Origin: Octopus bimaculoides
Lineage: Eukaryota
Assembly: GCF_001194135.2 (NCBI RefSeq)
Contig: NC_068984.1
Location: forward strand, 91,603,423 to 91,667,422
Reading direction: 5' to 3'
Length of the DNA stretch: 64,000 bases
Of the stretch, positions 24,459-36,877 are shown one piece after another. Below the pieces are notes generated by a model that saw only the letters and a program-made list of their open reading frames with translations, ran no database searches and was not told where the DNA came from. The position numbers and the translations under genes are program-made. The stretch's first letter is position 1. Every line of letters starts with the position of its first letter.

Positions 24459-25710
24459 TGTAGTGAAACTACCTATCGCCATTAGATACAAAACTACTAT
24501 CGCCATTAGATACAATCTTCTCATTTAAATATAAATAAATGCGAGCGTAGTAGAGAACCCATTCCTTGTCATCACGTGACTGATCATTATTCGAATCGGC
24601 AACTTCTTCGAACTGTTCCCGCCAGACCGCAAACTGACCAATCACGGCCCCTAATAAGGTCACGTGATAGAGTATATTTCTACCATCTGGTGAGCCAATA
24701 GTTTGTTATAAATAGCNNNNNNNNNNNNNNNNNNNNNNNNNNNNNNNNNNNNNNNNNNNNNNNNNNNNNNNNNNNNNNNNNNNNNNNNNNNNNNNNNNNN
24801 NNNNNNNNNNNNNNNNNNNNNNNNNNNNNNNNNNNNNNNNNNNNNNNNNNNNNNNNNNNNNNNNNNNNNNNNNNNNNNNNNNNNNNNNNNNNNNNNNNNN
24901 NNNNNNNNNNNNNNNNNNNNNNNNNNNNNNNNNNNNNNNNNNNNNNNNNNNNNNNNNNNNNNNNNNNNNNNNNNNNNNNNNNNNNNNNNNNNNNNNNNNN
25001 NNNNNNNNNNNNNNNNNNNNNNNNNNNNNNNNNNNNNNNNNNNNNNNNNNNNNNNNNNNNNNNNNNNNNNNNNNNNNNNNNNNNNNNNNNNNNNNNNNNN
25101 NNNNNNNNNNNNNNNNNNNNNNNNNNNNNNNNNNNNNNNNNNNNNNNNNNNNNNNNNNNNNNNNNNNNNNNNNNNNNNNNNNNNNNNNNNNNNNNNNNNN
25201 NNNNNNNNNNNNNNNNNNNNNNNNNNNNNNNNNNNNNNNNNNNNNNNNNNNNNNNNNNNNNNNNNNNNNNNNNNNNNNNNNNNNNNNNNNNNNNNNNNNN
25301 NNNNNNNNNNNNNNNNNNNNNNNNNNNNNNNNNNNNNNNNNNGTATAATTGCTCACGTGTCATTTACTGACTCTTTCTATCTGCTGTAATAACTCACACA
25401 TGTATCACTCACATACACACTTTTCTTTGTATGACGGCCTGTCTTTGATTATGTTCTTATATGTCGCATTCACACTCACACACAGACATACATCTTTAAC
25501 GCTACAATAAATATCTCTGTTATTCATCTAATACGGTTGTGGTCTTTCATTACTGGTCATCTATGTTATCGTCGCATAACATATCATCTATATCATCCAT
25601 CGATATATTATTGTGTGTTCGACCGTGTGACTCGTTTCAATAAAAGGAGTCCTCTGTTTTTCCATTCGTCACCATATCTCCTTTTTGAGTTCGCACGGTC
25701 GTCCCTTACA
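24459..25710 (+). mobile_element. Solo LTR-like element related to the 6467-8303 arms (contains an N gap)
   Basis: TGTAG...TTACA termini inside (TA)n (TATA on both sides); shares AAGGTCAC, TAAATAGC, TGACGGCCTGTC..CACACAGACATAC..AATAAA and the terminal CGACCG..TCGTCACC..CGCAC.GTCGTC block. Confidence 0.78.
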
Positions 25711-25731
25711 TATATATATAAATATGCAAAT

Positions 25732-26608
25732 ATCATCATCATATAATGCCTGTTGTCTATACTGGCATAGGTTGGATGGTTTGACCAGAGCTGGCAAGCT
25801 GCACCAGACTCCATCTGATTTGGCATGGTTTTTACAACTGGATGCCCTTCCTAATATCAACCACTTTACAGAGTGCACTGCCACGAGTGCTTTACATCAT
25901 TGGGACTGGTCTTAGCACTTCTGCTGTGAAGTATGGGTCTTCTTGAGTACAGTAAAGTGCCAGGCATCTCAGTCCTTTGTTATCTTGCCTGAAATGATCG
26001 GCGTCTTCAGTATTTCATCCCATATCTTCCTGGATTTCCCACTTTCAGATGTTCCATCCACTTTGAGAGGTTGGTACTTCTTTATGGAGCTGTTGGCATC
26101 CATCTGCATCGCATGACCAAACCAGTAGTCTTCTCTCTTGCACACAGCAACCAATTCTGCTTATGCCTAACTTCCCTCTCAGAACACTGACACTCTGTCG
26201 AACATGTACATTTACATTACACATCCAGCGGAACATACTAGCCTCATTCCTTTCTAATTTGTGTATGTCCTTGGCATTCAGGGTCCACATCACACTACCA
26301 AGTAGAATTGCTGTCTGGATACATGCATCATACAATCTTCCTTTCATTCAGAGAGAGAAACCTTTTGTGGACAACAGAGGTAACAACTCTGAATTTCCTC
26401 CATCCTACCCTACTACTAATTTGGTTCCCTAGGTAGCAGAAATTATCTACTACCTCTAATGAGCTACCAGGGCATTTGAAAGTATCAATTTCCCAGGTCT
26501 CTAAAGTTTTTACAGATCCAGTGCATTATCCACATATGAAAACTATCTTCTCTGATAACCATCCTATTAATCCAGTGCAACTCTTGTGTGTCCATAGCTT
26601 ACACTGGG
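25732..26608 (-). mobile_element. RTE LINE 3' fragment
   Basis: KGRLYDACIQTAILLGS..KLERNEASMFRWMCNV..; WFGHAMQM; short (GAT)n tail. Confidence 0.88.
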
Positions 26609-26710
26609 TATATATATGCATACACACATACAGAATTGGTTGAGGCAGATTATCCTCTTTAGTACACACTCTTAAAATAATGAAAATATATGTATATAAT
26701 CACATATTAC

Positions 26711-26785
26711 CTATAGTGCAATAAACCAAGGATCCTACAATTTCAGGATTTTCATGCCAGCCTTCTTTAACAACTTGGACAAGAC
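26711..26785 (-). CDS. NDUFA3: NDUFA3-like gene, exon 2
   Basis: gtatttgttattttag acceptor, AG|gtaata donor; 75 nt, phase 1 to 1: (S)LVQVVKEGWHENPEIVGSLVYCTI, resembling the W..P.IV motif that precedes the transmembrane helix of NDUFA3/B9 (recalled, not searched). Confidence 0.8.
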
Positions 26786-28219
26786 CTAAAATAACAAATA
26801 CAATATCAATATATAGATCAACATAATGAATAGAGAATCAAGAATAGCTTTAAAACCCTTTTTTGAAATAGGCAAGGTTATAATGTATATAACATTAGAT
26901 AAAATTGCATCTGAAGCTGATATTGAGAATATGCTGGAAAAAATACTACATGAATTAAAAAGTAAAGTTATCCATTTCAGTTTGTAGCATTGTTAAATTT
27001 TAGAGGTCCAGAATCTATAATATCACTAATAAGTATTTTAATGCTTTTTCTTACTCATTATCTCACACGAACTCTTTGGATTTAGCTGATAAAAGTGGTT
27101 CAGTTTTCTCAGCATGTGTCGGACTAAACCTATAATTTGTTAAGCATAATATCTTTTTAATGTTCTCATTCGATCATAGTTTCATTATTAGCTCATGAGA
27201 TGAAGGAATTCTCTTTTCAGATATATTCATTCTCAGAAAAGTCAGATTTGCTTTGGAGAATGGCTTTTCTTTGTTTGTAGAGAATTTTACCTAAGTTAAT
27301 CAGAATGATACCTTAGTTAATCATTCTTTATTTATTAACTTTGATTCAGTGTGAAGTGCAGAGTGAAGATATCTTGATATACTTTTACTACCCCATTCGT
27401 TTTTTTTTTACAGTTCCCATGCAGTTCTGAAACACACCTATTAAATCTTTAAGACCTATCTAATGTTTGCCTACTAAGTACAGATCATAGATTGTATCAA
27501 TAGCAAAAATATATCGTGCATCCTGAGCTAAATACATTTGCCAATATGCATGCTTTAAATGAAGCACTAAGAAAAATTTGTATCTCTCGTGCCACAGAAA
27601 ATTGAATCGATTGATGGCACGGGAAAGAATATGTGCATTTTAATCTGCCTTGTAATTAGCAGATACGAAAAGACCCACTTCATTTTCTTATACTGATCAC
27701 AGGTGAGGCACAAGCTTCAGGATGACACCTTCAATTAAAATCCCTAACTTTACATCTGATGATAAGTCAGTAATAAAAACGAGTTTGTTGATTCTGTCTG
27801 GATTTTCTTTCTTTCTATTCAACAATCACGACATAAAAGAAACTGTCAAAAACCGAACATTTACACAAGAATCATAGCGGTAGGGAAAAACTAAAATTCC
27901 CAAGGAAGATGTTCCTGTAATAACAAATCTATTGTACATTTATTCAAGGTCGTTTATCAAATCGAGATATTACGATAAAATTTACTTATTTGTGTCCTTG
28001 TTAATAGGCGAGAAATATTTACGTTTATCTTAAAATTCGTTAAATAGATTTTTAAGAATGCTAGTGCTCATGTAAAGATACTTTTTAATTTTACAAAAAA
28101 GAAATATTTGAATGATATTAACATTTAAGTAACGACAAGACCTTAAAAGAATGAGGAAAATATACTAATATTTCAAAGAAGACGACTAGTTTCCTTTGTA
28201 TGCAACGATCTTAACTTAC

Positions 28220-28268
28220 TTTTGCCCTTGAAGATACGGGTCCAACCTCCAATGACAGGACGCGACAT
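28220..28268 (-). CDS. NDUFA3: NDUFA3-like gene, exon 1
   Basis: AAAATGT start context; MSRPVIGGWTRIFKGK plus 1 nt, then a gtaagt donor. The four exons total 255 nt = 84 aa plus stop with all phases compatible. Confidence 0.8.
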
Positions 28269-28285
28269 TTTGAATCTGCAAAATG

Positions 28286-28317
28286 TAAACAGGAACCGGA
28301 ATTAAATATCACGTGAT
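28286..28317 (-). promoter_or_regulatory. Proximal promoter motifs of the NDUFA3-like gene: tandem GGAA (ETS/GABP-like) and palindromic E-box ATCACGTGAT
   Basis: CAGGAACCGGAA at 28290-28301 and CACGTG at 28310-28315, 20-50 nt upstream of the ATG in a CpG-retaining region. Confidence 0.4.
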
Positions 28318-28649
28318 CAACAACACATTTCACTCTCTGTTTTGGTGTCTTTTTCTTAATGTTTAGTAAAGTTTATATGCCAACAGAATGTGACAGTCCT
28401 ATAAAGGAAGATGTTTCTGTTGTTTTACCCCCAGGAAAACATCTTTTCCAGCTATCGACTTCTGACGTAATTTAGTTTGGTGAACTAAATACATGAGAAT
28501 TGACAAACGAAATGCAGAAAAATATAAAATACCCGATTGAATTTTTTTTTTAAATGGGCTATTTTTCATTATAAAACGTAATTTGGAGGCTGTGTTGCGG
28601 TTAGATTTTTTTTGCGTCATTGGTGTACACACATACACACACACACACA

Positions 28650-28807
28650 TGTAAAAATATGTGACACTTATTCAGTAGCCATGATAAAACTCTGAGTTTC
28701 GGATGCCAGGGTGGGAGCCCACGCCAACATCTCTTCAGTTATCCGGCCAATTAAAAATTCCTCGGAGTTTTATCATGGCTACTGAATAAGTGTCACATAT
28801 TTTTACA
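28650..28807. repeat. 158-bp hairpin/MITE with 47-bp inverted repeats
   Basis: TGTAAAAATATGTGACACTTATTCAGTAGCCATGATAAAACTCTGAG and its reverse complement with 1 mismatch; no clear TSD. Confidence 0.85.
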
Positions 28808-29074
28808 GATAAATTCCTCTATTTGCATAATATCGAGGTCTCTTTCTTTCTTTTGTTGTCCTTCCTGTCAAATATATATATATATANNNNNNNNNNGTGG
28901 TCTCCTTTATATATACATATACAATAATCCTTTGAGACCTCAGATAATTTTTCTGAATCTCCTGATTCTTTCAATGTGTTAGTTCCATGGTATTAAATTG
29001 ATATTAATTAATATCCAATTTTTTACCTTACTGTTTTAATTTACGCACACACACACACACACACATATATATTC

Positions 29075-29415
29075 ACAGCAAGTTGTTTTACACCTATCAC
29101 ACTAATTATTTTTTGCTTTTGAGCTCGGGCCAAACACTGTAGTTTAGAAGCCATGGACTGACGATGTGAATGTTCCGAGTCCTCTCCCCACCCCGCCTTT
29201 TGCGAGAGCCTATTTTTTTGGTCATATTCGTTCAGAGCAAGTCATTTTACATCTATTACACTATTTTTCTTTTGCTTCTTGGCTCTGGTGAGGCGTCTTG
29301 GAATATTCACATCGTGAATGTTCCGAGTCCTCTCCCCACCTCCCCGTTTGCGAGCACGCATTTTTTTCTTCTTCATATTCGTTCCCAGCAAGTTGTTTTA
29401 CACCTATTAGACTAA
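29075..29415. repeat. Diverged tandem repeat, ~150-bp period, about 2.2 units
   Basis: GTGAATGTTCCGAGTCCTCTCCCCACC near 29166 and 29314; GCAAGT..TTTACA.CTAT near 29078, 29237 and 29387. Confidence 0.8.
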
Positions 29416-29719
29416 TTTAAAAAAATTTTTATCGTCGGGTTAAACGCTTTAGTTTGACCCAGAATATTTCACTTTCAAACAGCTTGCACGAGCACTTTAT
29501 GTGTGCATAAAGGAAGTTCAGCAAAACAAATAAAATAATGAAGAGAATAAATACTTATCTTTGTGTTTGCGTACTATAACGACAAAGACAGATAAAATAG
29601 GAGGCAACTTTACATGTAGCTTATTAATCCATCCATCCAGCTTTCCATCTACCTCCCTACCTACCTACCTAAAACCCATTAAGTACATGCCAGCATGCAC
29701 TGAATGGATTTACTACTGA

Positions 29720-29918
29720 GTGCTGAAAGGTAAGGATGAGTGTTAGTGTTGCGACGACTGAGACATTGGTCCCCTCAAGAAAGTCTTCCATGTTAGTTAG
29801 AACATCATTGAGGCAAATGGAGAAGTTTAAATATGTCGAGGCCATAATCAAGAGCGATGGGAAGCAGGAGGCTGAATTGGATGCCAGAAATGCAGGTACT
29901 GGCACAGTAATGCACTGA
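29720..29918 (+). mobile_element. RTE RT fragment from a different family
   Basis: LRQMEKFKYVEAIIKSDGKQEAELDAR, matching the LKQVEKFKYLG...SDG...ELD.R motif. Confidence 0.65.
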
Positions 29919-30679
29919 CTTCAGTATTTGATCCCCAGAAGGGTGGGGTGGGGGTCGGTAAAAATAGCCAAAGTTACTATCTTCAGTTCAGTTTATGTGC
30001 CTATTCTTATCAATTGTCATAAATGTTGGGTAATGGTCGAAAGACTACAATTGTAACTACAAGCAGCTGAAATTGGGTTCCTCTGAAAGATCTCTTACCT
30101 GTCAGGGTACATAACTCTTTCCAGTTCGAGCCACTACTACGGATGTATGATTAGAATGTTACAGGAAAGAATCGCTAGATGCATTCTTCAAACCAAGCCA
30201 ACTGACAGGTTGGATAACATCCTGATATGACGTACGACTTCTTGTCGTCACTGTTATATCTGAGCTGTTATAATATCAAACGTTCCTGATGTTCTCTTAT
30301 TACTCTCCAACTGCGTATCTTCAACAAGCACTCCATGATATCTCCATTCGATAATTCCTACGACTTGTATACTATGACTGTGCATATGACACTCTTTTCA
30401 GAGTGTTCTGCACATGCTCATTTATACTAACTAGTATAGTTCACTTAGCCAATCATGGAGGTGTACAGATTCCCCTTACAACACATCCATATTCTCAGTT
30501 TGTCACACTTGGGAACCCATTAAGGAAAGTGTAATGATGGTCGTTTCTGATAGGATGCTTCAGGACTCTAACACGACGACCCTTCCAGGAATGGTGAACG
30601 GAAAAAATGGATAGTTGAAAGACTTGGAAATTAACAATATGAAAGTAATTGATACTGTGACAGAAATGTGTGTGTGTTA

Positions 30680-31401
30680 CGAGGTTGGGCTGAAAAGCTC
30701 ATAGGCTGACTATAAAGGAGTGATATTAGAACTGTGAGATTTTGCTTGCATCAATTTCAACACTTCTTATTAATAACTGTAATGTTTCTTTCTAGGTAAA
30801 CTAGCACCTGACTGTTCAAAGAAGACTTCAAAAGTAACTTGTAGCAACTTCTCTTAAAAATCGACAGAATTAGGCGTCAATGTGTTATCAAGTACCTGCG
30901 GGAGAAAACGGATGCAAAAGGTATTGTGTTTATTGACTATCTTCAAAAAGGCCACACTATCAATGGAGAGTAATATGCTACTTTGCTGAGGCAGTTACGA
31001 AAGGCTATCAAGACCAAACGCTCAGGAAAACTGATGAAATGGGTCTTGTTTCATCAGGACAATGCTCCAGCATACAAGTCCTTGCTTTCAATGGCTGTTG
31101 TGCGTGACTATGGCTTTGAACTGGTTGATAGTCCTCCCTATTTTCTTGATCTGGCCCCATCTGACTATCAGATGGAGCCAGATCCTCAACATGAAAAAAA
31201 AAACACTTGACTGGGAACCTGGCTGCTAACTTTTTTTTACCAACAAGATGAAAGCTTCTTCACTAATGGGATCCAAGCCTTGCAACACTGATGGAAGCAG
31301 TGTGTGGACCGCAAAGGGAACTATGTTTAAAAATAAACTTCAGTTGGTCACATTCCATGAGAGTATCTTGGCCAAGCTATGAACTTTTCAGCCGACCCTT
31401 G
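30680..31401 (+). mobile_element. Internally deleted mariner (DD34D)
   Basis: TA flanks; TIRs CGAGGTTGGGCTGAAAAGCTCATAG / CTATGAACTTTTCAGCCGACCCTTG; LFHQDNAPAYKS..PYFLDLAPSDY. Confidence 0.9.
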
Positions 31402-31594
31402 TAAAAAGAAGAGGATAAAATACCTTACTGTTAAACTAGGTTTATATGTGTNNNNNNNNNNNNNNNNNNNNNNNNNNNNNNNNNNNNNNNNNNNNNNNNN
31501 NNNNNNNNNNNNNNNNNNNNNNNNNNNNNNNNNNNNNNNNNNNNNNNNNNNNNNNNNNNNNNNNNNNNNNNNNNNNNNNNNNNNNNNNNNNNCG

Positions 31595-31975
31595 AACAAA
31601 ATAAAGGCATTATTTTAGGTCAGGGCACTTGATTCACACAAAGAATCTGAGTTTCTTTTTTTCTAAGTGAAAAATTGTGTGGGTGAAAAGGTCAATGGGG
31701 GTGGGGGATGAAATTTCCGAAGCTTCCACCTCATCCCACCCTGTTTTCTGAACACCCCACCAAAAGTTTTGTAGCTTATGAGGAGGTCACCGGAATTCAT
31801 TCAACGCAAAAAAAAAAAAAAAAATCCCAATGATTCTGGGATATAGGGGTGGGGGGGGTCCGGCCCCCACCTTTTTTTCTGAACAAAAATAAGGAGTTTG
31901 CAGCATATTAGGAGGTCAGGGTAGGTACTTGATTTCACGCAAAAAATTCGAGGTTTATTTTTCTTAGTTAATATC
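31595..31975. repeat. Diverged tandem repeat, ~135-140 bp period
   Basis: Three recurrences of GAACA....AGGTCA..CTTGATT/CATTCA.CGCAAAAA followed by G-rich blocks. Confidence 0.55.
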
Positions 31976-32789
31976 ATATAGGTGAAAGAATCAAATAATA
32001 CCTATAATATAATTTAATATAATATAATATATTAAATGAAGCACGTTTCTCATAAACATATCTTTGAAATTTTTATATTAGTTTATAAAACTAAATTTGA
32101 GATAAAACATATTTTAATAGTAATTACAACTTTAGTGTACTTAGTTTTAATATCAATTATCTATAAATAGTATCTGTTAATGTTTAGGTTTTGCTTTTGT
32201 TAACAAAATTTATATTGACCGTAGATTTATATGTAAATATTGATGCAATACTATTATATGGTAATTAACTAGCAGTTTTGACACATCATATTTTTGTTGT
32301 CTTCAGTATTTTTAACAAATGGATGCACCATTCTATCTCTCATTCGCTTTAATCTCTCTCTCTTCCTCCCTATAACATCTATTTTGACCTAACTATTGTA
32401 CCACCACCACCACCAACAGAACCATCATGTATCACATATGCATGCGCACAAGTATATCAAACATGTTTGTTTATATGTAAATATATGAAAATAATGGTTT
32501 TTTTAAACAACGCACACATTTGAGTCTGTTGCAGATCAACCAACATGTTGAAATGTAACTCCTTTTCGGGAAAATTATTCCCTGGTGAAATATCCAATTA
32601 ACCAGTTTCAATATGAAAATTTAAATTAATTTAATTTAATTTAATTTAATTTCTGTAATTGAACTAGTTGGATATGGAAACGGCTGTAAGACAGGAGTTT
32701 CATCATATGGTTTTTAATATCTTTGAATAAATTGATGTCTGCATGTGAATTTCTCCACTTTCTTTTGTCATCAATATATGCTGCCTCCT

Positions 32790-35207
32790 AGAAGTAAGGT
32801 GAAGAGGAGGTTCCGCTAGGTTCCTCACAGGCAAAGAACACGGGTACAAGATTTTCTGGGCAGGGAACACAGATGGGGTCGGGGGCGTGGGTATACTTCT
32901 TGCGGAGAAATGAGTGGATAAGGTAATCGAGGTAGCCAGAGTATGCGATAGAATACTTAAGATTAGATTAGTCCTTCACCATGGTTTAGCAACCATTATC
33001 TTGGCCTATGCCCCTCAGCCCAGGCTACCCGATGTACAGAAAGACCGATTTTATGACACCCTCTTGCAGACTACCTCATCGATGAATGACAGGGACCTTC
33101 TCTTTGTGGCTGGTGACTTCAATGGAAAGGTTGGACAACATGCAGGGGGCTTCCATGGCATACATGGAGGCTATGGCTTTGATTTCCGCAATGAGGAGGG
33201 AACCAGGCTGCTGGAGTTCTGTGATGCAAATGACCTTACGGTTTGCAATACTAACTTCAGGAAACCTGCCAGTCACCTAGTCACCTACCGTTCTGGCAGG
33301 CACACCAGCCAAATTGACTACATCCTCGCTAGGAAAAGGGAAAGATGGCTGCTTATAAATGCCAAAACCTTCCCAGGCGAAGAATGTACCCCACAACATA
33401 GACAAGTAGTTAGTGACTTCAGAATCAAGGCTAAGTAGTTGCCCACAAGACGACCAGCATAGAGGAGAAGGGTCTGGAAGCTCAAAGATCCTGCGAATGG
33501 ACAGAAATTTAGAGACTTATTACTCGAAGCCTTTGACGAAATAGAAGGGGATATAGCTTCACACGATGTAGAAGACAACTGGAAGTTGACAACATGCAGA
33601 GGGCCACTGACCAGATCTGTGGATGGTGCAAAGTCCCCTCTTGACCCAAAATAACGTGGTGGTGGAACAATGTTGTTGACAGGGCTATTAGACAAAAGAA
33701 ACAGGCTTGGAAGGACTGGAAGAATGGTGGTAGCAGGGAATTGTACCAGACTGCCAGAAGGCGACAGGTTTATTTAGCCAGAGGGAAGCAGATAAGAAAA
33801 AAATTGCCAATGTTCTGCGCCATGTGGACCAAAGAGTTGAGGTATTTCGTATTGCAAGACAGTGTGTGAGAGAGAATCGTGATGTCGTAGGAGAAAAATG
33901 TGTTTGCATGGATGATGGTACACTTGCACTAAACGAGGCTGCAAAGAGAGATGTTTGGAGACGCCACTATGAAAGGTTGCTCAATAAAGAGAATGAATGG
34001 GAGAAAGAGAGTCTGCCAAATGTCAACCCAACAGAGGGATCAGCTACCCGAGTTGACAGTACTATGGTAAATAAAGCAACTAAGAGTATGAAGACAGGGA
34101 AAGCCTCAGGCCCATCAGGAATCACTGCAGAGATGCTCAAAATATCTGGCAGTGTCAGCTATAGCCTAATGACCCATATAGTTAATCAGGTGATACACAA
34201 AGGAGTCATACCCAATGACTGGTGTAGCAGCACCATAGTCAACTGCTACAAAGGTAAAGGTGATGCTTTAGATACGAATAATTACAGAGGTATCAAGTTT
34301 TTGGATCAGGTAATGAAAGTCACGGAGAGGGTCATAGCCCAACTAATTAGGGAGAGAGTCAGTTTAGATAAGATGCAGTTTGGGTTCGTGCCAGGGAAAA
34401 GCACCACTGATGCTATATTTCTGGTAAGACAGCTGCAGGAGAAATACCTCGCCAAAGATAAACCTCTGTTCCTGGCTTTCGTTGACATGGAGAAAACCTC
34501 TGACAGGGTCACCCGATCCCTTATCTTGTGATCAATGAGGAAACTAGGGATAGAAGGATGGTTAGTGAGAGCTGTGTGAGCCATGTACAGAGACGCTGCC
34601 AGTAAGGTGAGGGTTGGCAACGAGTACAGTGAAGAATTTCGGGTAGAGATAGGGGTCCACTAAGGTTCAGTCCTCAGCCCCCTCCTATTTATCATAGTCC
34701 TCCAGGCAATACCATAGGAATTTAAGACAGGATGCCCTTGGGAGCTCCTCTATGCTGATGACCTTGCGCTAATTGCTGAGTCACTATCAGAACTAGAGGA
34801 GAAGTTTCAGGTGTGGAAGCAAGGACTAGAATCGAAGGGCCTTAGAGTCAACCTAGCTAAAACCAAAATCCTAATAAGTAGGAAGGTAGACAAAATACAA
34901 ACCCCTGTTGAGGCAATCGAAATCGAACCAAATTCGACAACTGGCACCCATGCCAACCTCTCCTTCATTGGACACTAAACTGGGCTTGCGAAGACCTGTT
35001 GGGGCAAGTGAAAGCGAAATTGTGATGGCACCTGTATCAGTGGAGTGCTAAGAGCACCGTCCGAGTGTGGTCGTTGCCAGAGCAGCTGTCTGGTTTCTGT
35101 GCCAGTAGCACATAAATAGCATGATTGTTACCAGCGTCACTTTCCTGGCACTTGTGCCGGTGGCACGTGAAAAGATATCCGAGTGACGTCATTGCCAGTG
35201 CAGCATA
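32790..35207 (+). mobile_element. RTE LINE with APE and RT, internally deleted, several stops
   Basis: YAPQ..VAGDFNG..NTNF..QIDYIL (APE); NNYRGIK, QFGFVPGKSTTDAIF, AFVDMEK, LLYADDLAL (RT); jumps to 3'UTR repeats at ~34905. Confidence 0.93.
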
Positions 35208-36877
35208 TATAAATCAAAGTGTCCTGTATTATATATCCATTATGGCTGATCTTACCAATAGGTTTTGCACTTGAGGTTCAAGGGAGTGTTAGGTAACAGT
35301 CCAATTATGTAAACCTGCACTCATCAGAGGTAGCCATTATGGAATGAATCGACCTCAATACATATATATACCCATCTTCGTCTTTTGTTTTCCTATAAAT
35401 TTCAACTATATATATATATATATATNNNNNNNNNNNNNNNNNNNNNNNNNNNNNNNNNNNNNNNNNNNNNNNNNNNNNNNNNNNNNNNNNNNNNNNNNNN
35501 NNNNNNNNNNNNNNNNNNNNNNNNNNNNNNNNCTTGTAACTTAGTGCTTCAGCAAAGGGAACTGATAGAATAAATACCAGGCTTTAAAAAATATGTCCTG
35601 AGGTCGATTCATTCGACTAAAAAGTCTTCAAGGCGGTGCCCCAGCATGTTCGCAGTCTAATGACTAAAACAAGTAAAAGATAATTTCATAAATGATTTCA
35701 TAGTGTATATGAATGTTCACTTCAGAAATTACTTGTATAAAAAAAAAATTACACATACAAAAGCAGGGTTAATAAAGACTTACATTCAATACAAATTCAA
35801 ATAAAAATCCCTTATTTATTTTGATGGTAAAAAATATTTGCTTGTTTTAGCTTAGATATTCCATAAAAGTAATTGCAATCATTATCTAAATTTTCATGGG
35901 TTCTAATTGGTGACTAAGAATAATTTATTCTTTCTTATACCTGTTTTCACATTTTTCTACTTTTTGTTTACATATAACAATCGAAAGTGCATTGTTCTAA
36001 ATAACCTTCTTATTTATAAACACTGATGGAACTATGAAAAAGTAAAAAAAGTACAAAACTATATTAATAATTTTAAACGGTATATTTCTACAGCATGAAT
36101 TGTTTTCGATGGCCACCGTTTAAGTAATTTTCTGTACACTTTCCCAAAGCAGCTGGGTTGAATGCTATTATGATCGAATCCCCTTGCAAATCATTTGGGT
36201 TGGATATTTCCTTTTCGTGAACAATGAGGTAACAAACTATTTTTACTTCTGACTCCACTATATTTATATTAATTATTTACCTTACAAACAAACAACTATG
36301 AGAAAGTTACAAAAATGATTTGTTTTTATTTCAGTTTATATTTTATTCAACAACTATTCTGCTGCAGATATTTATGAAAAGGATCTACCCTCACATATTG
36401 ATCCGAAATAAAATTTGCTGTATTTCTCTTTCACTATATTGAAACTAAAAAAAAACAAACAAACAAACAAAAAAACCTCCCCATAAAAACCCGGCTCGAT
36501 GTTTCGGTAGCTACAATATAAGCATGTTCTATATGAGCTAATAAATTGTTAATTACCCTTTGTCACTGACATACATGACCAGGGAGATAACCTGTGTCTC
36601 ACTCATGTTTTTATTTATCAGAAACATTCACAAATGATTGCTTTTTGTCATGAATTTCCCCTCTGATTAGTTAATTGCTCATGGAAAACTCCTTGACGTT
36701 TAAAGACTCTTCATTGCTTTTTATAGGTATATTTTTTATCGGGTGTTTCTTATTTTAGTAACATGTCGAAATGGTTCATCCGTAAAACGGAAACGACGAA
36801 ATGTACTTAGTTTCAAGTTATGCTGTTATGTTCTTTGTGTACATTTACTGTTGTAATGTCATATACTTCTGTTTCAG

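Noticed and set aside
30060-30600. GC-richer non-repetitive stretch that might be an exon or TE fragment (similar cases at 2340-2870, 4770-5070 and 38280-38640)
   Set aside because: No recognisable motif, splice pattern or terminal structure by eye; left unannotated pending a similarity search.
32914-34531. Potentially active RTE ORF
   Set aside because: Multiple stops, frameshifts and an internal deletion; the copy at 60393-63985 is also broken. No intact autonomous element is present in the window.
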